From positions 1 through 45,156 of the forward strand of contig JAWOEX010000027.1 in the NCBI GenBank assembly GCA_046482545.1: a stretch of 45,156 nt of DNA, in the 5' to 3' direction. This document shows positions 1 to 7,827 of this stretch, piece after piece. The position numbers were made by a program, and so were the translations under genes. Source of the DNA: Candidatus Thorarchaeota archaeon. Its GTDB lineage: Archaea; Asgardarchaeota; Thorarchaeia; Thorarchaeales; Thorarchaeaceae. A model generated the notes under the pieces. The model worked only from the letters and a program-made list of their open reading frames with translations, was not told the DNA's origin and did no database searches. Within the stretch, counting starts at the first letter, position 1, and each line of letters opens with the position of its first letter.

Positions 1-8
1 TTTCTGGA

Positions 9-575
9 ATAACGAAAATCTTACAGATTCATAAGAAATCCGAGTAAAAAAAGTGTAAAACAAATGTAAGACTTCCTGCAAGTGCTGTTGTGACTGAAGG
101 CGGTATGACTTTATTAGGCCCAGTATGAGACCTGATTTCAGTAGGACTAGGCAAGTGGGCTAGTGTTAAACACGACGCACGCGGCCGAAAGCTGTGAGGT
201 GGACTCGTTCCACTAAGCAGAAGTCCCCACTCTCCACACAAAGGGCTTCATCAAGCCCTGGAGAGTCCGCGGCTGTTCACCTTGTCTGTAATGGGCCATC
301 TCGGCGGCGGTGACAATGTTGAGGTGGGTGATCATGACCACGCCGTGGTAAGAACTGTGGAAAGCCTCACTGTCGCCGGAATGATGACCCGGGACAAGGA
401 CAGGAGTAAGAAGCCAGGACCGCGGGAGGAATCCCATTCCTGTGAACGTGGACAAAGCCCCTGCTGACTCACGGGCCTTCGGGTACCGTGGGGGCGGCGA
501 CGCTGGCAGGGGAAGGGTGGAACACAGAAGTTTCCTCAGTTGGGTTCACTCACTCAACTGTAAGAAATGGGTTAT
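9..575 (+). mobile_element. Non-autonomous ~570-bp element (copy 1) carrying a structured-RNA-like interior
   Basis: Starts ATAACgaaaaTCTTACAG (9-26) and ends CTGTAAGAaatggGTTAT (558-575), an imperfect 18-bp inverted repeat. Flanked by direct repeat CTGGA (4-8, 576-580). Colinear homolog on the opposite strand at 2272-2828. Strand given is the inferred RNA-sense strand. Confidence 0.85.
111..560 (+). ncRNA. Putative large structured RNA inside element copy 1 (family unknown)
   Basis: Helices GTGAGG(194-199)/CCTCAC(365-370), GTGGA(199-203)/TCCAC(209-213), CACGG(470-474)/CCGTG(486-490) capped by c-UUCG-g, and CCCCTGCT(458-465)/GGCAGGGG(505-512). Several covary in copies 2 and 3. G-U pairs and UUCG/GAAA loops work on this strand. 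Boundaries approximate. Confidence 0.65.
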
Positions 576-3054
576 CTGGAGAACTTGATTGACAAAAACA
601 ATGAAGGATTCTCTCTTCAACTTTCGGGAGCCTGTATACTACAGAATAACACCTTCATCGACGATGCTTTGTCAATCCAGGGCCGAGCGAAGAGCAATTG
701 GGAGCACTCAATCCTAGGAAATACAATTGATGGAAGTCCGCTTGGTTACTTCCTAAGGGAAAATGATACAATCATACACGCGAGTCAATATGGACAGATT
801 ATTCTTGTTAGCGCTAACGGAACAAGAATAAGTGACGAAACATTCCAAAACAAACCCAGAGGAATCGTTCTTGCATACTCTGAAAATTGTAGATTGGTGA
901 ACATCACTGTTGCGGAATCGCAATCGAACGGTTATAGTCTCTACTCTTGTGCAAACTGTACCCTCGAGAACTCTACAGCAATTCAAAATGCAGGACATGG
1001 CGTCTACTCAAAATATTCGCCCTCCTGTGGATTTGCCAACAATAACGCCAGTAGTAACTCGGGGCATGGTTTCGTTCTGTTTCATTCTGAGAAATCTTCA
1101 ATCGTCAATAGCAGGATTGGAGCGAACTCGGAACAGGGAATAGAACTAGTCCATTCATCAAATTGCATCGTCGAAAATAACACCTTGAAAGACAACTCGC
1201 TAATGATAACCGGCATTAACGGGAGTTGGATGCATAACATATCTGGCAACACGATAGATGGAGCACAGCTGGGATACTTCAGGGGAATCACGAATAGAGC
1301 GTTTGATGCTGACGAGTTTGGGCAACTGATTCTTGTCGATTCCCATGGTGTTATAGTGGAGGATGGTGTTTTGAACAAGACTTGCGGCGGTATTCAACTG
1401 GCCTATTGCACACAAGTCACAATAACGAGAGTCACAGTAATCGGAAGCTCGACTCGTGCATTCTTCCTGTGGCACACTCTCAGCGTCACGCTATCTGACA
1501 ATGTAGCCGCTGACTGTAGAGGCGATGGGTTTGTCCTTGCCTCAGGCACAGGATGTTCATTCCTGAGAAATACTGCCAACGGGAATGAGGGAAATGGCTA
1601 TTTTCTCGGATTGCCCACTGGTTGTGTGCTCGCGGACAATGCTGCCCTTGATAACGGTGACTCTGGGTTTGTAACGAGGTTTGGCAAGAGTTGTACTTTC
1701 GACGGTAATACTGCTGGTACGAACGTGAATGACGGATTCGATGTGTCTGCCTCAGAAACTCTGATCACACGGAACGAAGCTCATGGGAATGGGAGAGATG
1801 GCTTTCATCTCAGTATATCTGATAGCGATGTTATGAAAAATGTGGGTACAGAGAATCAAAGATATGGAGCATATTTGGATAGTGAAAGCTATGGGAATCT
1901 CTTGTTCCTGAACCGGTTAGGGTTCAATGGCATAGCTGATGCTATAAATAACGGACATGCAACCCTCTGGCACAACGACGTTTTTGGGAATTATTGGGGC
2001 GCATATGATGGGCGTGGTACTTATTCTGTACCTGGAGCAGAGGAAAGCATTGATTTTCATCCCTACGAATACTATCGTGCTTCTCCTGTTATAGGCCATC
2101 CAGATGACATCTCCTACTCCTATGAACCGAATGGAAATGGAACTGCCCACGCAATTATTTGGAGAGCTTGGGATTGGGGTCATACCGCTTACCGCATATG
2201 GAGAGACTCTGCTTTGGTTTCGGCAGCCACTCTTCATGGATCGCATATCATTATCCATGAGATCTATCGAGATAACCTGTTTCTTACAGTTGTAGTAACT
2301 GTCTGAAACCTCTGTGTTCCACCCTTCCCCTGCCAGCGTCACCGCCCCCAAGGCTACCCAATGGGCCCTTGAGTCAGCAGGGGCTTTGTCCGCGTTCACC
2401 GGAATAGGATTCCTCCCGCGGTCCTGGCTTCTGTCTCCTGCCGTTGTCCCAGCACATCACTCCGGCGACAGTGAGGTTTTCCACAGTGCTTGCCACGGCG
2501 TGGTCATGATCACCCACCTCAACGTTGTCACCGCTGCTGAGGAGGCCCATTACAGACAAGGTGAACAGCCGCGGACTCTCCAGAGTTCGATGAAGCTCTT
2601 ACGTGGAGAGTGAGGACTTCTGCTTAGAAGGGCGATCCTTCCTCACAGCTTTCGGCCGCGTGCGTCATGAGGGATCACTAGCCCACTTGCCTAGTCCTAC
2701 TGGACCGGGGTTTCGCACTGGGACTAATAAACTCCCCACTGGGGTGATAAGAATCGTTGCAAGAAATCTTACAGATATTTTACACTTTTCCCCTCGGATT
2801 TTTTAGGATTATTGTAAAACTTGGCTATTCGAGAATTAACTCCTGGTGTTTACAACTATACTGTTGTTGTCACGGACGAAGAAGAAAATTCAATCAGTGA
2901 TACGGTATCCGTGACTATTGAATGGCCTGAGGGATACGAACCTGGGATTTTTAACTCAATAGATGTCCACCTCCTATTGACCGTTGTAGGGGCAGTTTCT
3001 GCGGTAGTTGTGATAGCCGTACTTGCTGTGGAAGGTTTTGAGAAACGAAGTTGA
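576..3054 (+). pseudogene. Right-handed beta-helix (NosD/pectin-lyase-like) cell-surface protein with C-terminal Ig-like domain and TM anchor, interrupted by two insertions; 5' part lies upstream of the window
   Basis: ORF 567-2306 has PbH1-type N/G-rich repeats, a duplicated GNTIDG.LGYF...GQ.ILV module and a GNYW motif. ORF 2821-3054 continues with PGVYNYTVVVTD...DTVSV, a hydrophobic helix and KRS. Deleting 2272-2833 gives in-frame HEIYR-ELTPGVYNYT; deleting 9-580 gives F-L-E-N-L-I-D-K. Confidence 0.85.
2272..2828 (-). mobile_element. Non-autonomous ~560-bp element (copy 2), inverted relative to copy 1
   Basis: On + it begins ATAACctgttTCTTACAG (2272-2289) and ends TTGTAAAActtgGCTAT (to 2828). 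Flanked by TCGAG (2267-2271, 2829-2833). Aligns end to end with the reverse complement of 9-575. Confidence 0.88.
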
Positions 3055-3250
3055 GCCGATTTTGGATACATTTCATATGGATAAAGCAAATCCCTACCGT
3101 AAATCCTCTGAGAGCCTAATCCTCGTGGTCACTAATTGGCAGAAAATCAGTAGAGATAATACTAGGATTTCTGTAAGGCATATTGCAATTGTGTGATTAA
3201 TCCAGCTGACTTGGTGAACACGCTTGGACTCCCTAAACGGAGTGAATGAT

Positions 3251-3516
3251 ATGACTGCTGAACACACTATAAGAAAAGTGCCAACAGATCGGAAGGAGCG
3301 CGTTGGCTGGTAGTTGTATGATTCTTGCAAATACAAGCTTCACAGTGTTGATAGTCACAGCCCTGTTCCCGCTTTTCTTTCGTCTTTTGGTCGGAAATGA
3401 GACGCTTGGAGACGCTATGTGGGGGTATGCTGGAAGTATAACGATGATAGTTATCGCATTGAGCTCGCCGGTGCTGGGTGCGATAGCCGATTTTGGAGGA
3501 TTGAAGAAGAAGTTCA
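3251..3516 (+). pseudogene. N-terminal remnant of a UMF1/ATG22-like MFS transporter
   Basis: ATG 3251 reads MTAEHTIRKVPTDRKERVGW*LYD, then a frameshift into LANTSFTVLIVT..FP.FF...SPVLGAIAD.GGLKKKF, the typical family N-terminus. In-frame stop, frameshift and truncation. Confidence 0.7.
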
Positions 3517-3683
3517 CTTGGAATATGACGTTCCATTCGCGGTGGAATAGCCAGCTAAGATGGAGGGTTCTACCCTCTTTCTCTATTTTTCCTTCCTTTC
3601 TCAGTTATATTTATCACTACTACACCACAAGAGACCACTTGACTGAGCAGTAATCAGATAATTGCGGAAAGGATAGACATATC

Positions 3684-4091
3684 ATGACTAAACAAGACCT
3701 TTTTGAATTCTGTGAAGAGTGGCTTTCAGCATGGACTGGAAATCGTCCAGAAAAACTAATCGAGTTCTATGCCGAGGATGCTCAGTACATGGATCCCAAG
3801 CACCGTCAAGGACTTCAAGGACGAGATGAAATTCTTGAGTATTTCAGGAAACTCTTACGAAAATATGATGACTGGGTATGGACACCGATTGAGGTTTTCT
3901 CAATCGAAGGTGGCTTCATTGTCAAATGGCAATGTGAAATTCACGTAGGCACTGAGGAGCTCACTGAAATGGGTGTAGACATAGTTGAGTTAGAAGACCA
4001 CAGAATAACCAGAAACGAGGTCTATTTCGACAGAACTAGGATGATGCAGGCCGTTCACAATGAGCGAAAGCGACAGAGATTAATCCGATAA
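3684..4091 (+). CDS. SnoaL-like / NTF2-fold protein
   Basis: 135 aa; W..AW....PE.L..FYAEDA.Y.DP.....GR.EI..YF, and G.DI.E.....I.R..VYFD pattern. Confidence 0.8.
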   Translation: MTKQDLFEFCEEWLSAWTGNRPEKLIEFYAEDAQYMDPKHRQGLQGRDEILEYFRKLLRKYDDWVWTPIEVFSIEGGFIVKWQCEIHVGTEELTEMGVDIVELEDHRITRNEVYFDRTRMMQAVHNERKRQRLIR

Positions 4092-4829
4092 GGCCAGTAT
4101 TCTGTTAGCCCACTCTCGGATTGCAGTATTCATTTTGCTAGGCTGTTCTACCATAACACCGTGGCCTGCATCGGGAATAATTTCCAGCTCCGAGTTCTGC
4201 ATCTTGTCATGCAAATACTTCGCATATTTTGTTGGGGTCATGACATCATCTTCCCCCACCAGAACAAGTGTAGGTACATCGATGTTTTCCACTAGTTCCA
4301 TGATATCGAATTCATCACACATTTTGAAATCGCGTTTGATTACGTGTGTTGGGCATTGGCGCACCTCTCTGAGAGATGCTTCAATCACTTCATCTGAAGT
4401 TTCATTACTGAACATGAAGTTCTCTACGAGATTGAGATATTCATCGATGCCGGAATCAATGGCAGCAAAGACATCGGGATGAACCTTCAACTTGGCACCG
4501 GTTCCTATGAGAACTAGGCCCGAAAGTTGGTTCGGATGGTCAAGAGCGTACAACTGAGCCAGAGCGCCACCCATTGAATGCCCTGCTAGAATAGGATTCT
4601 CAGATTCATCGACAGCTTCTGTAATGTCTTCCAAGTAGGCTTCCTTTACGTTATCAGGATTTCGATCCGGAGTGTTTCCGTGCCCATTCAACTCCAAAGC
4701 TATTACCCGAAAAACCTCTGACAATCCTCGAAGCTGCATCATCCATGTGGCTGCTGAGCCACCTGCTCCGTGTACAAAGATGATTGCACGATTGTTTTCA
4801 TCACCTCGGATGAGTCTTGAGATTGTCAT
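4080..4829 (-). CDS. Alpha/beta hydrolase
   Basis: FVHGAGG oxyanion motif, GHSMGG nucleophile elbow, G.DD and AGH catalytic motifs. Confidence 0.9.
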   Translation of the reverse strand: MTISRLIRGDENNRAIIFVHGAGGSAATWMMQLRGLSEVFRVIALELNGHGNTPDRNPDNVKEAYLEDITEAVDESENPILAGHSMGGALAQLYALDHPNQLSGLVLIGTGAKLKVHPDVFAAIDSGIDEYLNLVENFMFSNETSDEVIEASLREVRQCPTHVIKRDFKMCDEFDIMELVENIDVPTLVLVGEDDVMTPTKYAKYLHDKMQNSELEIIPDAGHGVMVEQPSKMNTAIREWANRILALSD

Positions 4830-4999
4830 AGCAATGAAATAATTTGGTTGTCCCTATCAGTGTTTTGAAAGAGCCTTTGCGCGCAAACCTGATATTAGGC
4901 ACTATACTTTTTAGGGGCATTGAACAAGAGGTAACAAAGGGAGCCTCGATATCGGGGCACTTGAATAATACGCTAATAAGCGCGTAAGGAGAGTAGAGA

Positions 5000-6052
5000 A
5001 TGAGTTCAAATACTAAAACAACAGCCATAGTCGTTATCATTGTGCTTATTGTGGCTATAGGTGCCGGAATTGTATTCCTCGGACCTATGCTTTTTCCCGC
5101 ACCCACCAATGTTGCCATTGTTTTCGCAACAGGTGGATTAGGCGATAAGTCATTTAATGACGCCGCTTATGAGGGAGCACAACAGGCCAAGACCGAGTTA
5201 GGCTGGGATTTCACCTACGTCGAGCCGACGGAGATTTCAGAGTACGAAGGTTATCTCCGGGATTATGCAAATCCTGAATCCGGAGACACTTACGAACTGA
5301 TTATATCCATCGGTTTCGATCAGGCAGAAGCACTGAATAAAACGGCGCAAGACTACCCCAACCAGAGATTTGCTATAGTCGATATGGTAGTTGACCAGCC
5401 CAACATTTCCAGCCTTGTCTTCTCAGCCAGTGAAGGATCAGCCCTTGTTGGTGCCATAGCAGGCATGTACACAGAAACCAATCACATCGGCTTTCTGGGC
5501 GGGATGGATATCCCTCTAATCAACGAATTTGCTGCGGGGTATCTATGGGGCGCTAACTACACCAATGAAGGAATAGACTACTCAGTCAGTTATGTGGGTG
5601 ACTGGGCAGACACGACAGCAGGTCAGAACTTAGCCAACGGAATGTATACTGATGGCGCTGACATTATTTTCGCTGCAGCTGGCCGGTCTGGATTAGGTGC
5701 GTTTACCGCTGCAAAGGACAACGGTACTGATCACGGTACCTACGTTATTGGTGTCGATAGCCCTCAGATGTATCTAGGTTGTGAAGACCCAGAAAATCCT
5801 GAGCCTCCAACCGCCTGCATCACGTCGATGCTGAAGCGGGTAGATGTCGCCGTATACGAAACAATCAAGGATGTCTACAATGATGACTTCCAGCCTGGAA
5901 TCCGGGTTTGGAATCTTGCTAACGGCGGAGTTGGTTACGAAACCAACGAAGAGTTGTTGACCCTACCAGACGACATCATAACCGAGGTTGAGGATCTTAA
6001 GCAGAAAATCATTGATGGCGACGTTACTGTTCCAACGAGCAAGTACTGGTAA
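5000..6052 (+). CDS. BMP-family ABC transporter substrate-binding protein (nucleoside/purine type)
   Basis: N-terminal TM anchor; GGLGDKSFND, GADIIFAAAG.SG.G, IGVDS.Q, TSMLKRVD motifs. Confidence 0.92.
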   Translation: MSSNTKTTAIVVIIVLIVAIGAGIVFLGPMLFPAPTNVAIVFATGGLGDKSFNDAAYEGAQQAKTELGWDFTYVEPTEISEYEGYLRDYANPESGDTYELIISIGFDQAEALNKTAQDYPNQRFAIVDMVVDQPNISSLVFSASEGSALVGAIAGMYTETNHIGFLGGMDIPLINEFAAGYLWGANYTNEGIDYSVSYVGDWADTTAGQNLANGMYTDGADIIFAAAGRSGLGAFTAAKDNGTDHGTYVIGVDSPQMYLGCEDPENPEPPTACITSMLKRVDVAVYETIKDVYNDDFQPGIRVWNLANGGVGYETNEELLTLPDDIITEVEDLKQKIIDGDVTVPTSKYW

Positions 6053-6070
6053 GCTAGTGTAACACGAGAT

Positions 6071-6102
6071 GAGAGGCATTTGCCTCTCTTACTACTTTTT
6101 TT
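6071..6102 (+). terminator. Hairpin plus T-tract after the BMP gene
   Basis: GAGAGGCA-tt-TGCCTCTC followed by ttactacTTTTTTT. Confidence 0.6.
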
Positions 6103-6174
6103 GGTACCCTTTCTTTACATTTCGATGTATATAGTCAGGTTTCTCTCTCTGACCCGTACCATTAAATACCATTT

Positions 6175-7824
6175 TTGACAGCCACAAACGCAAACAGGTC
6201 GTTTCAAGGCAGCAAGCTACTCAAAGAAAAGGAGGCAACAGCCATTTACGCGATTGAGCTTGAAAACATCAGTAAAACTTTCCCTGGCGGTGTACAGGCT
6301 AACAAAGACATCACACTGCAGATTGAAGAAGGGGAAGTGCACGGACTACTCGGTGAGAACGGAGCAGGAAAGACCACTCTGATGAATGTTTTGTATGGAC
6401 TCCTTTCCAGAGATAGCGGAACCGTAAAGATTCAAGGCGAAGAAGTCGACTTGGAATCACCCCACGGAGCAATAGCGCGAGGTGTGGGAATGGTTCACCA
6501 GCACTTCAAGCTCATTCCGCCTCTGACAGTCGTTGAAAATGTTATTCTCGGGCTAGAGCCAACCATAGCCAAATTCGAAACATTTCAGAGTAGAATTGGG
6601 CAAGAAGCCGGACTGCTTATGCCCACGGATATAAACGGAGCCGCAGAGAGAATCAAGGAAATCGCAGAAGAAAATGGCATGCAGATTGATCCCTTCGCCA
6701 AAATTCAAGACCTGTCCGTTGGCCTTAGACAGCGAGTTGAGATTCTAAAGACGCTTTATCGGCATGCGGAAATCCTGATACTAGACGAGCCTACCTCGGT
6801 GCTTACACCACAGGAAGTTGATGACCTTTTCGTGACTCTTGATAAATTCAAAGAACAAGGCAGAACCATTATCCTCATAACGCACAAATTGAGAGAGCCT
6901 ATGGCTCTTTGTGATAGAATAACAGTCCTCCGAGAAGGCGAGCTGGTGGGAACTGTTGATAAGGATGATACAAGTCCAAAAGAACTTGCAAAAATGATGG
7001 TTGGAAGACCGGTTGTCTTCAGAATCAAGAAGAAAGAATCACATCCTGGAGAAGAGATTCTTCGAGTAGAGAACCTCACGGTGAAAACTACCCTAGGCCT
7101 TGTTGCAGTCGACAGAGTCAACCTGACTGTGCATGAAGGTGAAATTCTAGGAATTGCGGGGGTGGAAGGAAATGGACAAACCGAACTCATTGAGGCAGTT
7201 GCTGGCATCAGGAGAGCCGACGGTGGCTCAGTTATTGTCGATGGAAATGAAGTCACGAACCATAGTGCAAGAAAGGTCCGTGAGTCGGGTGTATGTCATA
7301 TCCCAGAAGACCGACACCGAAAAGGCTTGGTCCTAGATTTCACAGTCAAAGAGAATTTAGTTCTTGGCAGACATTACTATGAGCCTTTTGCTACTGGTCC
7401 GAGAGATTCCTTCTTGGATTTGCAGCAGCTCTCTTCCCTTTCTGAGAATCTTGTCAATGAATACTCAATTATGGTTTCCTCGATCGATGCCCCGACGAGA
7501 ACATTATCTGGAGGCAATCAGCAAAAGGTCATAGTTGCCCGGGAATTAGCCTACAATCCCAAGCTTGTCCTGGCTGCCCAGCCTACACGAGGACTTGACG
7601 TAGGAGCAACTGAATTCATACGAAATATTCTCATTGACATGAGAGACAAGGGAGCAGCTATTCTGTTGGTATCCGCAGAGCTCGATGAAATCACCAACCT
7701 GGCGGATCGAATTGCGGTGATTCATGAGGGTAGAATAGTTGCGAAAGTCAAACCGGAAGAGACAACATATGAAGAGCTAGGCTTGCTTATGGCAGGACAT
7801 GAAGAACGCGTGAAGGGGGTATAA
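6175..7824 (+). CDS. Nucleoside/sugar ABC transporter ATP-binding protein (two NBDs); start uncertain
   Basis: Walker A GENGAGKTT, LILDEPT, ITHKL; second domain GVEGNGQ, LSGGNQQK, QPTRGLDVGA. Confidence 0.93.
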   Translation: MTATNANRSFQGSKLLKEKEATAIYAIELENISKTFPGGVQANKDITLQIEEGEVHGLLGENGAGKTTLMNVLYGLLSRDSGTVKIQGEEVDLESPHGAIARGVGMVHQHFKLIPPLTVVENVILGLEPTIAKFETFQSRIGQEAGLLMPTDINGAAERIKEIAEENGMQIDPFAKIQDLSVGLRQRVEILKTLYRHAEILILDEPTSVLTPQEVDDLFVTLDKFKEQGRTIILITHKLREPMALCDRITVLREGELVGTVDKDDTSPKELAKMMVGRPVVFRIKKKESHPGEEILRVENLTVKTTLGLVAVDRVNLTVHEGEILGIAGVEGNGQTELIEAVAGIRRADGGSVIVDGNEVTNHSARKVRESGVCHIPEDRHRKGLVLDFTVKENLVLGRHYYEPFATGPRDSFLDLQQLSSLSENLVNEYSIMVSSIDAPTRTLSGGNQQKVIVARELAYNPKLVLAAQPTRGLDVGATEFIRNILIDMRDKGAAILLVSAELDEITNLADRIAVIHEGRIVAKVKPEETTYEELGLLMAGHEERVKGV

Positions 7825-7827
7825 CTT

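Noticed and set aside
186-390. Hammerhead ribozyme (CGAAA plus TGATGA)
   Set aside because: The core needs CUGANGA; here it is A/G-UGAUG(A), and the helix connectivity does not match.
213-467. Similar short ORFs on both strands in the repeat copies (213-455, 282-467, 2314-2613, 2374-2559, 29-241, 2603-2806)
   Set aside because: They are by-products of nucleotide homology. Substitutions follow base-pairing rather than codon position, starts are not shared, and copy 3 deletes the middle.
215-530. RNase P RNA (GAAGTCCCC ... ACAGAAG) or SRP RNA (CCAGG..)
   Set aside because: The two would-be P4 strands do not pair, SRP helix 8 is not formed, and these RNAs are single-copy rather than gene-interrupting repeats.
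9-575. Group I or group II intron identity
   Set aside because: No GUGYG start, DV (AGC...GNRA) or group I P7/R/S motifs were recognisable. Terminal inverted repeats, flanking duplications and opposite orientations in one gene do not fit.
567-575. ATG 567 as the true start of the beta-helix gene
   Set aside because: It lies inside the element terminus. There is no signal peptide and the protein begins mid-repeat.
4-2833. Composite transposon formed by copies 1 and 2
   Set aside because: The outer flanks differ (CTGGA vs TCGAG) while each copy has its own matching repeat pair, indicating independent insertions.
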